The notes beneath the pieces are model-generated. The model searched no databases, was not told where the DNA came from, and saw nothing but the letters and a program-made list of their open reading frames with translations. A program made the translations under genes and the position numbers. From an uncultured Ureaplasma sp. (GTDB taxonomy: Bacteria > Bacillota_I > Bacilli_A > Mycoplasmatales > Mycoplasmoidaceae), in the NCBI GenBank assembly GCA_910589685.1, contig CAJUTA010000028.1, positions 1-33,703 on the forward strand: a DNA stretch of 33,703 bases. Reading direction: 5' to 3'. This document shows positions 1 through 12,208 of the stretch, in pieces. The stretch's first letter is position 1, and every line of letters begins with the position of its first letter.

Positions 1-1278
1 CCAATTCAATTAGAATTTTTAAAAGAAATTAAAAGTAATAAAAATTTAATCGGAATCAGTCCAACAGGTAGTGGAAAGACTTTATCTTTTTTGTTACCAA
101 TATTAAATAAAATTGACTTTAGTAAAAAAGAATATCAAGCTATTATTGTTTGTCCAACACGTGAACTTGCTAGACAAATTGAAGGCATAATTAATGAAAT
201 AAAACCTTACAACAATGAATTAAGAACAGCTTTATGAATTGGTGGTTTGGATTTAGACAAGCTAATCAAGCAAGCGCAATTAAACAATAATCCACAAATT
301 ATTGTTTGCACACCAAAAAGATTTTTAGAAGTAAGTCAAAATTTACCAGATTCAAAATTTGAAAATTTAATAGCATTTGGATTAGATGAAGCAGATATGT
401 TGCTAGATCTAAATTTCATGAAAGAAATTAAACAAATTTCAAATAAATTAGATTTAGAAAAAAAAGATGTTTGAAAATTTGCAACTAGTGCTACTTTACA
501 CAATCTTTTAAATAATGAATTACAACAAATATATAAAAACATTAAAGTTATTGATTTAAATAATAATGATGTTATATATAACAAAATTAAACATTATCTA
601 TTAAAAACTCAAGATAAAAATCACGCTTTATCTGTTTTGTTACAAAAAATAAATCCATATTTTTGTATTATTTTTGTTAACACAACTAAAAAAGCAGATG
701 AAATTTATAAGATGTTGTTGCAACAAAATTATCAAGTAATTAATTTGCATGCTGGACTAAAAACGCGTGAAAGAAAAAATAATTATAAAGAAATCAAAAG
801 ATTAAATTATCAATATGTTGTAGCAAGTGATTTGGTCAGTCGGGGGCTTGACATTGATGGAGCAAGTCATGTAATAAGTTATGATATGCCACAAAATAGT
901 CAATGATATATTCATCGAGCAGGAAGAACTGGAAGAAGTAAATACATTGGAGAGTCATATATTTTATACAACCCAAATGAATTTGAAACTCTTAATAAAT
1001 TAAGTGGATTAAAACTTAATCTTATTAATTGTCAAATTAAAAATAACCAATTAGTCGATGCTAATATCAAAATTAGTCGCAAAAAAATTTCTAGCACTGA
1101 GCAAGATTTAGAAATTAAAAAAACAATTAATATTTCCAGTAAAAAAGTTAAGCCTGGTTATAAAAAGAAATTAAAAGAAAAAATTAAAAAAATTGAACAA
1201 AAATACAAGCGTCGACACATTGAAAAATTAGTAAAAGAACAAAGAAAAAAAGAATATTATTCAAAAAAATCTTTTTAA
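1..1278 (+). CDS. DEAD-box ATP-dependent RNA helicase (5'-truncated by window edge)
   Basis: Frame 1 is open from base 1 to TAA 1276-1278 with TGA=Trp. Motifs SPTGSGKT, PTRELA, LDEAD, SAT, SRGLD and HRAGRTGR are present. The basic tail KKVKPGYKKK is typical of CshB-like helicases. Confidence 0.93.
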
Positions 1279-1300
1279 GATAAAATTAATATATTCTAAG

Positions 1301-1376
1301 TGTTAAACATTGTAATATTGTTCTCCATTTTGAAATATTACTTTGTTTAAACATTATTTAATATTTATTTGGAGAA
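1301..1376 (+). promoter_or_regulatory. Candidate rpsO (S15) leader structure
   Basis: Stems TTAAACA(1303-1309)/TGTTTAA(1344-1350) and GTAATATT(1312-1319)/AATATTAC(1334-1341). Loop TTCTCCA (1321-1327) is complementary to the SD region TGGAGAA (1370-1376). Confidence 0.55.
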
Positions 1377-1384
1377 TTGAAATT

Positions 1385-1654
1385 ATGGCAATATCAAGTG
1401 CTAAAAAAAGTGAATTAGTTACTAAATTTGGTGGAAGCTCTGTTAACACTGGTAAAGTTGAAGTTCAACTTGCTATCCTAACAGAAGAAATCAATGCATT
1501 AACAAAACACATGATTGAAAATAAAAAAGACAAAATTTCTAAACGTGGTTTGTATATTAAAGTTGCAAAACGTAAAAATTTATTAGCTTATTTGGAACAC
1601 AATGATATTGAACGTTACCGAACAATTATTAAAGAATTAAACTTACGTGGCTAG
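1385..1654 (+). CDS. rpsO: 30S ribosomal protein S15
   Basis: ATG 1385 follows GGAG. Sequence [13 protein letters not shown]...[15 protein letters not shown]...LLAYL...IIKELNLRG is typical S15. Confidence 0.97.
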   Translation: MAISSAKKSELVTKFGGSSVNTGKVEVQLAILTEEINALTKHMIENKKDKISKRGLYIKVAKRKNLLAYLEHNDIERYRTIIKELNLRG

Positions 1655-3287
1655 TGAACAAAAAATAATTATTTACAATAAGTTTTATAAATTAGATAAA
1701 ACTATTGATAAAACTTATTTTCATAATAACGGCGAGGCATTAAATAGTGACCGTGTGTTAACTATTACAGATGCGATTTTAATGTCGCATATTGGTGCTA
1801 AAAGCCGTTTTTTTTCTTTTTTAACAAATTTCTTGTTCTATAATAATGACTTTCGCAAACAAAAATCATTATCAGAAAATAAAGTGAATCGCTTTAGAAT
1901 GCTAAATAATATTTTGTTATGAGGGAGTATTATTGGATTAATTATTTGTTTAATTTTTGGAATTGCAATTCCAATTTTCAATGCAGCTGCTGACTCGCTC
2001 CAGCTTGTAAGAGGTAATTTTACTGGAAGCGTCATTGCAAATAATAAGATAATTGGTTGAGTTATTGTGCAAGACAATATGATTAATGTTTCAAATACAT
2101 TAATGAGTAAATTAAAAAATTTAACAAGTGCAAGTGATTACAATGCATTCTTTGGTTCTAATCCAGACTTAAATTGACTAAAGTATTATCTTGAACAATA
2201 TTTTGGACCAAGATACAATGTTTTTGGAATCAATGCGCTTTTAGAATTTAGAGATTTTTTATCAACTCATGTTTTTAGTGAATTTAAATTTGTTAATTTT
2301 ACTGAAGAGTTTCAAGCACTTGCTTATTTTAAAATGGTTACACAAACTATTTCTATTGGTGCAATTAGTGATATTGATTCAATTATTAATAGTTGAAATG
2401 GAATGTTATTCACAAAATTACCAAATGATAATATTTTCTATGGTTTAGATATGAAAAGCATTTGCTTAACTGACAATAAATCATCACAAGCATTGTTGGT
2501 TCCTAAAATTTGAAGTGTATGATTTAATGATCCAACTGTTATAGTTCCACTTATTTTTACATTGGTATTTATTTTTATTGTTGTAGCTAACTATTACATT
2601 CTTAGAAAAAATAAAGTGCGTTACTACAATATGAATATGTATGAATACTTAGCTAAAAAAGCAGCTTTTGTTAAAAAATATCATTTTTTCTTAAATAAAT
2701 TAGTTTTCTTGAATAATAAAGTAAAAGAATTGAAACATAATATTATTTTGAATTTTGATGGATTAGGATCAAGTGATATTTATAATATCTTGAGATTATT
2801 AAATTATTTATATAGCACAATTGAGTCAATGAATCTTGTTTTTGTTTGCAAATATAGTAGTGAATGAAAAACACAGTTAGATAAATTGAGCAAAGAAGAT
2901 ACAAAAAATTTAAGAATTGATGTCGTTGAAGACAAATTAGTTAATGAATGAATTGAAAATGCACAAAATTCTCAAACACAAGTAAATATTAAAAATGAAA
3001 AAACTAGACAATATTACAACTATGTGCAAAATTATTTTAGAAGTTGAAATAATGTTAATGAGCGTGAATTACTAACAAAAATGAGCAAAACTTTTGCTCG
3101 ACAATTTAAACGTAGCAAACTAACAAAAGAACAAGAAGAAATAATTGTTAAAGAAATGCAAGATAATAAGGAATTGAAAGAATTCAATAATCAAACATTT
3201 AATTTATTAAAAATATATGTCAAAACACGTAATTGACAATTATTTAGATTAATGGAAAAAATAATTGATAAAAATGAAATGGAATAA
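1647..3287 (+). CDS. Hypothetical membrane protein (546 aa, two hydrophobic segments flanking a large loop)
   Basis: GTG overlaps the rpsO end. Frame 3 is open through TGA to TAA 3285-3287. TM-like segments [23 protein letters not shown] and [22 protein letters not shown]. Confidence 0.75.
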
Positions 3288-3711
3288 TTTAAAGTTATTA
3301 AGAGAAAAATATAAAAAGAAAATAATCCGTAATTCATTTTTGCGACAATCATTAATTAGAAAAAATAATCTGTATATAGATAATCAAGAAACAAAAATTA
3401 AAGTTTGTTGACTGAAAAATAATAACTATATCCAAGATTATTTATATAATTATAGTGAAATTGATTATCACTTATGTTTTTTAGTTAATTTAAGAACAAA
3501 TTGATCATCAATTAATTTCAAATCTAAATTTGATTTAGTTATTGTTGGGTTAAATTGAATTGTTTTAAAAACATATTATAGTTTTCCAACAAATAAGAAT
3601 ATTGAACTTAATCAAGTTTGTCACATTTTTTTATTAACTCCAGGAACTATTGAAAATTATGATATTAAAGTTGGTCAACGTTTTTGTCCAATGTATAAAT
3701 CAATTTTATAA
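3274..3711 (+). CDS. DUF192-like hypothetical protein (145 aa)
   Basis: Open from ATG 3274 to TAA 3709-3711 with TGA=Trp. C-terminal FDLVIVG..WIVL and FLLTPGTIENYDIKVGQRF resemble the DUF192 pattern. Confidence 0.6.
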
Positions 3712-3722
3712 GGAAAACTAGT

Positions 3723-4433
3723 ATGCCACGTAAACATTTAATTGCTGCATCTATTAACAAAAAGCAACAACAACAATCTAAAATTTCACTTAAATGTATT
3801 CGAGAAATTAAAGCTGCTGTAAAAGTTGGCGGACCAAACCCTGATGCAAATCCAAGATTAAAAGTTGCGATTGCAAGAGGTTTGCAAAATAATTTAAGCC
3901 GTGACACAATCATGCGTAATATTAATTCAAATAAAGATAGTGAATCATTAAAAGAATTGTATTATGAAGGATATGGGCCAAAAGGACTAGCAATAATTAT
4001 TAAAGCATTAACTGATAATGAACAAAGAACAATTAGTAATTTGAGAGGATATTTTTCAAAACTAAAAGGTGAAATATCAAAACCTAATAGTGTAATGATG
4101 CTTTTTAATGAATATGGTCAAATAATTTTAGATAAAGCAAATTTGGATTATGATAAGATTCTTCAATTAACTTTAAATTATGAAATAGTTGATCTAATTG
4201 AAGATGAATCTGCATTTGAATTACTAACTGATAAGAAGGATTTCTTAGCAGTAAAAGAAATTTTTGATTCAAATTCAGAATATAATATTTTGGATGCATC
4301 AATTAAATATATTTCTAGTAGTTTAGTTGATATTACCGAAGATGATGACAAGTTATTAACTCGATTTATTGACTCATGTGAAGATGATGATGATATTCAA
4401 TGAGTTGTAACAAATGTAGGAAATATTATTTAA
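3723..4433 (+). CDS. yebC: YebC/PmpR family protein
   Basis: GGPNPDANPRLKVAI, YEGYGPKG, LTDNEQRT, EDDDDIQWVVTN. Extended through TGA 4401 to TAA 4431-4433. Confidence 0.95.
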
Positions 4434-4448
4434 AATTAAAAAAAAGCA

Positions 4449-4485
4449 AAACAAAAGTGGTTGTTTATTACAACCACTTTTGTTT
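4449..4485. terminator. Bidirectional intrinsic terminator between convergent yebC and rpmB
   Basis: Perfect 16-bp inverted repeat AAACAAAAGTGGTTGT-ttatt-ACAACCACTTTTGTTT with A/T tracts on both ends. Confidence 0.85.
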
Positions 4486-4496
4486 AAATATATAAT

Positions 4497-4727
4497 TTAT
4501 TCTGCTGTTTCACTGCTGACTGTTTTATTTTTGTTACGAATTCGAACATGTGAAAGAGACTTAATTGTTCGAGCAGATACTCTAAGTGTTACAACTGAAC
4601 CATTAGCATCACGAACACGAATTTTTTGCAAATTAACATTTCAAACACGACGTGAGTGATTCATAGCATGAGAACGTTTGTTACCAGTTAGAGGACCCTT
4701 AAGTGTTAATTGATCAATTCTTGACAT
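4497..4727 (-). CDS. rpmB: 50S ribosomal protein L28
   Basis: [38 protein letters not shown]...LRVSARTIKSL. Missed by the track because of an internal TGA. Confidence 0.95.
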
Positions 4728-4913
4728 TTTTAGAAATCCTTCTGTAGATACATAAAACAAAATAATTATACCATATTGGTAATAAACAAATAATAAATAA
4801 ATTGGATTAAATATATAGTAGAATGGAATAAATACATATTAATTATCCTAATAAAATAGGATATTTTTGTAGGTTAATATTATTAAAAAAATTAAATTTA
4901 AAATAGGAAAATC

Positions 4914-6605
4914 ATGAAATCTATTAATATGCAAACATGAATCAATATGATTCATGGTGGAGAACAAATTCTTTCTATAGAACAAAATCATATTAACAAT
5001 TTAAATGTTTTTCCTGTTCCAGATGGAGATACTGGATCAAATATGTACACAACAATCAATGGTGGATTGATGTGTATAGATGAAAAAAATTATCGAACAT
5101 TTGATAGTTATGCAAAAATTTTAACTAAAAGTATGCTAATGAATGCTCGAGGAAATTCTGGAGTTATTTTTAGTCAAATTTTTAGAGGATTTATGGGTAA
5201 CTTTGAAAATATCCAAGAACTTGATATAGCAAAGTTAAAAGAATCATTTACATTAGCAAAAGAATCTGCTTATAGATCAGTAAATAATCCTGTTGAAGGC
5301 ACAATTTTAACTGTTATTCGTGAAATTTCAGAAAACATCAATAAAAATGAATATTATGAAGTTGAAGAATTGTTTAAAGATGTTATCATTTTTGGACAAA
5401 AATCATTGGATAATACTCCAAATTTATTAAGTGAATTAAAAGAAGTTGGAGTCGTTGATTCTGGTGGATATGGTTTGCTTGCTTTTTTTAAAGGAATGAA
5501 TGCTTCATTAGATGGTTCATTACAAAATTTAATTAATGAAATCAAAGAAAAAAATAAAGAAGAAGATTCAGCATATGTAGAAGAAAATCATGAATTTTTT
5601 AGTAATAAAAAAGATGAAGGTTTTGGTTATTGTAGTGAAGTTATTATCAATACTGAACTAGAAATTAATCCCTATAATAATAATAATAATAAGGCTACGC
5701 CTAATATAAAAAGTTTGAAAGAAAAACTAGAAAAAATTGGTGATAGTCTAGTATTTGTTCAACATGAAAATTTAATTAAAATTCATATTCACACAATGTT
5801 TCCTTACAAATTACTTGAGCTAGGACAAAAATGTGGTGAGTTTGAGCGTATCAAAATTGAAAATATGACATTGCAATGAAAAAGCAAAATGAATGAATAT
5901 AGCAATGATAATTTTAACAATTTCAATACTAATGACTTTAAAGATAAAGTTGGAATGTTGATGACTGTACCAACAAAAGAGATTGGAGATATGGTTAAAT
6001 CTGATTTTGGAATAAATGAAGTTATTGTAACTGAAGATAGTTTAGCACCAAATATCTCACAATTTCTAAATGCATGTTTTGCAATTAAATATAAGAATGT
6101 TATCATCATTACAGATGACTCTAACTATGTAATTGCTGCAAAGGAAAGTGGAAAAAGTCAAAATAAAATTAACATAAAAGTTATCCCGAGTAAGAATTTA
6201 ATTGAAGCAATGGTTTGTGCTGCACTATTTGATGGCACTAAATCATTAACTAGAAATACATTCGAAATGAATAATCAATTGAGAAAAGTTGATTCAGCTG
6301 TTATCTCAATTGCAAGCAAAAATGTTAAATATAAAAATATTGAAGTTAAGAAAAACAATTGAATTGGAATAATTAGTAAAAAAGTTGTTGTAGCTAATAA
6401 TGATGAATTCATAGTTCTAAAAACAACATTAGACAAACTAATTAAAAATAATAAGTTTGACTTATGTTTCTTAATACGTGGACAAAATACAAGTGACGAT
6501 GTTATTAAAGAATTTGAAAACTATGTTTTAATGCAATATGGACTTGTGTGTGAAGTTAGAGATGGAAATCAAAAAATATACAACTACTATATAGGATTAC
6601 AATAA
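4914..6605 (+). CDS. fakA: DAK2 domain fatty acid kinase subunit A
   Basis: INNLNVFPVPDGDTGSNM, ARGNSGVIFSQ, PVEGTILTV, VVDSGG, FGYCSE, IKIENM. One ORF across TGA codons; stop overlaps the plsX start (TAATG). Confidence 0.92.
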
Positions 6606-7600
6606 TGAAATTGATTGTAGATGTGATGGGATTTGAAAACAAATTAGAAGAAGCAATAATTGCTTGTGAATTTTTTTTACAAAAACATCAAAATGAAAGC
6701 ATCATCTTAGTAGGGAATAAAGATCAAATTGAAAAAGAAATTAATGATTCTAAATTTAAGAATTGTTTTTTAATTATGCATGCTGAAAATTATATTGATC
6801 AAAATGATACAGTTTTAACTGCACGTCGCAAATCTAATACATCAATGGAAATTGCTTGTAATTTATTAAAAGAAAATAAAGGCGATGGACTTTTAAGTGC
6901 TGGAAATACATCTGTATTTGTATATTTAACATATAGCATAATTGGCTTAATGCCTGGTGTAGAAAAAGTTGGATTGATGCCATCTATTCCAAATATTGAA
7001 AATGGTGTTGTAAATATGATTGATGTTGGAGCAACATTAGATGTTAATGCAAATGATTTATATAAATATGCATTAATGGCAAATATTTATGCAATGCAAA
7101 GAGTTACTAATCCCCGTATTGGGGTGCTTAATATTGGAACCGAAAATCATAAAGGTCATGCTCTTCAACATGAAATAAGTGAAATGTTGAAAAAAAATAA
7201 AAAAATTAACTACATTGGATTTGTTGAATCTAATAATATTTTGAACAATGTTGCTGATGTTATTGTTACTGATGGCTTTACAGGGAATATTGCTTTAAAA
7301 GCTTGCGAAGGATCAGTAAAAACATTTTCAAAAATAATTAAACAAGAATATTCAAAACCAAAAAATATAATTGCAGGATTATTTTCTAAAAATATTTTTA
7401 GAAATATTTCAAAAAAATTTGATTACAAGAATTATGCAGGAGCATTTGCAATGGGGTTAAATCAAATATGTGTTAAAACTCATGGTAGCGCTGAACGAAA
7501 GCAATTTTATAGTGCTTTGGAAATGTTATATTCGTGTATTAAAAATAAAACTATTGAAAAAATAAAAAACGAAATCAAAGAGCATGATAAACAAAAATAA
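6605..7600 (+). CDS. plsX: Phosphate acyltransferase PlsX
   Basis: VDVMG, SAGNT, DVGA, LNIGTENHKG, VTDGFTGNIALKACEG, KTHGS. Confidence 0.95.
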   Translation: MKLIVDVMGFENKLEEAIIACEFFLQKHQNESIILVGNKDQIEKEINDSKFKNCFLIMHAENYIDQNDTVLTARRKSNTSMEIACNLLKENKGDGLLSAGNTSVFVYLTYSIIGLMPGVEKVGLMPSIPNIENGVVNMIDVGATLDVNANDLYKYALMANIYAMQRVTNPRIGVLNIGTENHKGHALQHEISEMLKKNKKINYIGFVESNNILNNVADVIVTDGFTGNIALKACEGSVKTFSKIIKQEYSKPKNIIAGLFSKNIFRNISKKFDYKNYAGAFAMGLNQICVKTHGSAERKQFYSALEMLYSCIKNKTIEKIKNEIKEHDKQK

Positions 7601-8285
7601 TTTTGAAGAAAAAAAATGATTGTCAAAATTAGAATCTATTTTGGCAAAATTTGATTTAAAACCTAAACAAATAAATAAGTATCTTGTTGCTTTTACTCAT
7701 CCATCATATAGTCACGAAAACTCATTAAATTATAATTATGAGCAATATGAGTTTTTAGGAGATTCTGCAATTTCTTGGATGGTTACTAAATTTCTATTTA
7801 ATAATCTTAAATCTAATGAAGGTGAAATGTCTATCATTAAATCCAAATTAGTTTCGTCAGATGTTTTATCTAAAGCTACGCAAATTATTGGACTTGATGA
7901 ACTAATTATTGTCGGCAATGGATTACAAGATGTTTCAAAAAAGATTATGGAAAATGTTTTTGAAGCCTTTATTGGAGCAATTGCTGATGATTTAGGAATT
8001 GAATATACTGAAAGAGTTATTAAAAAATGTATTATTGAACGTTATTTAAATAATGAAATTCAAGTTTCTAAACCATATAAGACATTAATTCAAGAGGCTT
8101 TAATTAGAGGAAACAAAAACGAAATTCGTTATGTTCTAGAAAATAGTAATCAAGATAATATCAAATATGTTAAATTAATATATGATAATTGCGTATATGG
8201 TCATGGAAAAGGTGAAACACAAAAAATTGCTGAAGAAGATGCAGCAAGAGATGCTTATAAAAACTATATAAAGATTAATAAATAA
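7584..8285 (+). CDS. rnc: Ribonuclease III
   Basis: AFTHPSY, YEQYEFLGDS, FEAFIGAI and a C-terminal dsRBD (YKTLIQE...GKGETQKIAEEDAA). ATG 7584 is in frame upstream through a TGA. Confidence 0.95.
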
Positions 8286-8297
8286 TTAAGGTATTTT

Positions 8298-9821
8298 ATG
8301 TCTGTAAAAACAAAAACGGCTAAAAAAATTGGATTGATAACTGCAATTTCAATTTTTGTTAGCTCATTAATTGGAATTGGAATTTTCTTTAAAAATAATA
8401 CCGTTTTTAAAGAAAATTTAAATAATCCATATGGGGTATTAATTTCATGAATAGTTGCCTCAATAATTTCATTACTAACTGCGTTCAGTTTTGCTGAAGT
8501 TGGTTTCAATCATAGAAATGGTGCTGGTTTAGGTGGAGCCACCGAAAGAATGTATGGAAAAAAAGTTGGTAGATATATTTCTTTAAATAATGCATTTTTT
8601 TATTGAGGAATATTGAATTTATCAATTGCAATTTTCGCTGCTGAATCACTTGTAAAACTTTTTTACATGAACCAAGATATTCCAGCTGAATTTCATATGT
8701 CTTATGTGATGCTAATTGCACTTGTATTAATATTTTTATTTACTGCTTTTAACTATTGATCAATGAAATGATCTGGAAGATTCCAAGTTGTTTCAACTGT
8801 TTTAAAATTCATTCCGTTAATAATGGTTGGTCTTGCTGGAATCATCTATGGTTCTATGCATTCAAATCTTAGCTTATTTGATCCTAGTAACCCAAATAAT
8901 TCATTCAGTCAAATAAGTATTGAAGGAATTTTAGGATCAATTCCAAGTATTTTATTTGCTTATGATAGTTTTGTTGGGGTTGCATCATTAAAAGGTGAAT
9001 TACACAATCCAAATAGAAATGTTCCTTTAACAATTATTTTGGGAATGGGAATTTGTGTTTTATTCTACATTTTCATTACAATTGGACAAATTATGGTTTC
9101 ACAAGGAACAGCACAAAATGTGTTTAATGCAATATTTGCAAATAACTTAGCATTAAAAGATGCATTTACAATTGTTATTTCTGTTTTCATTTTTGTTTGT
9201 GTCCTTGGTACGCTTAATGCTTTATGTATTGTTGGAATGAGAGTTTTAACATTCTCTGTTGAATATAGAATTATTGCTGGTTATTGATGACTAAATAAAT
9301 ATGTTGATGGCACAAATAAACCAGGACTATTATTAGGATTTATTATTTATGGATTTTGATGATTAGTATTATTAATCCCATCTTCTATTATTAATAGTGA
9401 TGTCATTGTTGATGGTGTATCAAACTTTCCAACTTTATTTATGTTTGCAGTTTATGCAACGTTAATATTGAAAGCATGAATAAATCGATTTACTAAAAAA
9501 GTTCATACCGATAGAATGCCTGGATTTACATGAATTGCTCCGATTGCTGTTCTTGGTTGTTATCTAGCATTTGGATACCAATTCTTCTGAAATTTTAGTA
9601 CAAAAGTTTTCCTTAGTTTAGCTGGAGTATTTAATTTAGAAAATTATCCATGAGGATTATTTGTTAGAGCAAATGGAATTAAGCCGATCTTTGCTACAAT
9701 TGTCTTTTTTACAATGTTAATGATATTTATTGTATTTCCATTTATAAATGATGCAGCAATTAAGTTAAAATATAAGAAGATTAATGTAAATAAAAAATTA
9801 TTTAAAGAATTGATTATTTAA
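8298..9821 (+). CDS. APC family amino acid permease (507 aa)
   Basis: IGIGIFFKN, FAEVG, LKFIPL, FAYDSF, GELHNPNRNVP and about 12 hydrophobic segments. Continuous with TGA=Trp. Confidence 0.9.
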
Positions 9822-9967
9822 TGCGAAAAAATGTAATTTTAATTTGTGAAGAGTGTTTATCACGTAATTATCACACAAGTAAAAATCCATATTTGCAAAA
9901 TCGTTTAGAACTACGAAAGTTTTGTTCTACTTGTAATCAATATACATTACATAAGGAGAGTCGTTAA
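9821..9967 (+). CDS. rpmG: 50S ribosomal protein L33 (Zn-binding type)
   Basis: MRKNVILICEECLSRNYHTSKN...RLELRKFCSTCNQYTLHKESR, in the rpmG-secE-nusG order. Confidence 0.95.
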   Translation: MRKNVILICEECLSRNYHTSKNPYLQNRLELRKFCSTCNQYTLHKESR

Positions 9968-9969
9968 TT

Positions 9970-10503
9970 ATGAAAGATAAAGTTAAACGACGTCGAATTG
10001 TAAATTCAAGAAAAATTAGAAGTATTCTAAATGATCAAAACTACACATCAGAATCTCATCAACAATATGAATTAGAACGTGAAAGATTACGATTAGAAGA
10101 AAAACAACAAGCAATTGATAAAATTGTTAGTTTACAATTAAAATTAAAGGTTGTAAAAGAAAAAAGCAAACAGTTAAATTCTGAATTCTTAAAAAATAAT
10201 CAAAACAAGTATAGTTCTTCTAGAGAATTTCATAATGCTTATAAAGATGCAAAACAAAAAAGAAATGAAATTGTTAATAATATAAAGAAAGAACTAAAAA
10301 CCGCCAAAAGAGACTACATCCAAAATTATGAAACATTTAGTTTTAAGATTCGTCGTTGATTTTTTGGAATGGGAAAAGAATTTAATCGTGTAACATGATT
10401 AGACAAAAAATCAGTTTTTACAAATTTAATAATTGTTATTAGTATTTCTGTTTTTTTAGCAATTATTTTTCTAATAATAGATGTAATATTTAGTCTTTTC
10501 TAA
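9970..10503 (+). CDS. secE: Preprotein translocase SecE with long charged N-terminal extension
   Basis: C-terminal WFFGMGKEFNRVTWLDKK followed by one TM helix ending IIDVIF. Lies between rpmG and nusG. Confidence 0.88.
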
Positions 10504-10513
10504 GGAGTAATTT

Positions 10514-11251
10514 ATGAGTAATAAAGTGTCAAAAAATTCTACAATTGAATATCAAGAACAACCAAAATGATATATTGTTACTGTTATTAGTGGTAATGAA
10601 GATTCTGTTGTTAAAAATTTAAAAGGTAAAATTGCATCATATGGTTACAATGATTCTGTAATTGATATTAGAGTTGTTAAAGAAAAAGTAATAACTATCG
10701 AAGATTTCCCTGCAGATAAAGCACCTGCTAATGTTGGAAGAAATACAAGAAATATCCAATGAAAAACAATTGAAAAAAATGGTAAAACAATTTACCAAAA
10801 AATTAAAACAGAAGATCGTAACAAATTTGGTGGTTATATTTTTATCAAAATGTTTATGGATGATAAAATTTGATTCATCATTCGGAATACACAACTTGTT
10901 ACAGGAATTATTGGTTCATCTGGAAAAAACACTAAACCAATTCCAGTAAGTGATGAAGAAATAGAAAAAATATTAAATCATGATGAACACAATATTGATG
11001 AAATCAATGACTCTCATCCAGAAATTACTAAAATTTATAATGAAGATAATTCAATCATTATGGAATCAGTTGTATATTCAACAGATTTAGTTATAGGTGA
11101 TGAAGTTCGTGTAATTGCAGGAAATACAGTTGGTGAAGAAGGAACTATTATTGCTTTAAACAACACCAAAGGTTTAGCAACTGTTAGAATGGAAATTTTT
11201 AATCGTATAACAAATATTGAAATACCATATTCAAACTTGGAGAAAAAATAA
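10514..11251 (+). CDS. nusG: Transcription termination/antitermination factor NusG
   Basis: WYIVTVISGNEDSV, FGGYIFIKM, WFIIRNTQLVTGIIGSSGK, KOW motif GDEVRVIAG...EIFNRIT. SD AAGGAG upstream. Confidence 0.95.
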
Positions 11252-11258
11252 TTTTCAA

Positions 11259-12200
11259 ATGAATTATCAGCTTACAACATTTATTAACATTTTAATATTA
11301 CTCTCGATGGCAGTTGGTGCTCCGGCATTAGTAATAACATTATTGTCTATTTTTAATGTAAAAATTAAAAAAGAATGAAAAGTATATTTGTATGCTTTTA
11401 CTGCTGGATTATTAATAATTCTTGGAACTGTTGGTTTCATTAATGAAGCAATTATGCATTCAAAAGAAAATTTTGTCTATGAATCAACTCAACACTCTCA
11501 TGAATCTTTAAGCGTGATTGATACATTACAAATTATTGGAGTAGTTGCAGGTGGTGCTATCATTGGAACAACAATTACAATTTTAAGTCGTTATATTTTT
11601 ACTAGAATTGTTCAGAAAAAAGCAAATATTGGTTCAGAAAAAAGTTCTTGTATTCATGAATCACACATGAGTCATAATCATAATGATTTTATTTTTAATG
11701 AATCTGATATTGACAATAAAAAACAAAAATGATTGCCTGTTTTATTGTTATGTGCACATCGTCTAATTGATGGTATTGCTTTAGGGTTCATGGCAAATAC
11801 TGGAAGTAATACAATTGCAGGATTTGAAAATTGAGGAATGATAGTTATTTTTGTTATTCACTTAATTCCTACAACTTTAGTAATTTATTTAATTCAATTA
11901 GATGTTCAAAATAATCGTCGTTGAAAAGCTTTATTTATTTCTATCTTGTTATTAATGATTATGATTCCATTTACAATACTAGGTGGTTTCTTAATTAATA
12001 ATATTCAAGCAATTTGATGATTGATGCCTTTATTTTATTCAATTAGTGGAACTCTTATGACACTTGGTGGAATATTAGAAGTTATTCCCGAATTCATTCA
12101 TATGAGAAATGCTAAAATTAGTGAATGAATTTGAATTGTTGTTTGACTAAGTGCAGCAGTAATCTTATCAATAATTCTATTATTAATTCATTCACATTAA
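11259..12200 (+). CDS. ZIP family metal transporter (313 aa)
   Basis: LYAFTAGLL, His-rich loop HESHMSHNHND, TM4 HRLIDGIALG, TM5 HLIP, EVIPEF. Confidence 0.85.
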
Positions 12201-12208
12201 TATTACTT

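Noticed and set aside
4844..4863. Inverted repeat TATCCTA-N6-TAGGATA in the rpmB/fakA divergent gap
   Set aside because: Only 7 bp, AT-rich, and no second copy seen. It could be an operator but I cannot support that.
5674..5693. (AAT)n triplet run in fakA
   Set aside because: A short in-frame Asn tract in an AT-rich gene. Slippage would not shift the frame, so it is not evidence of phase variation.
10680..10820. Insertion in the NusG N-terminal domain
   Set aside because: Insertions at this position are known in Mollicute and other NusG proteins.
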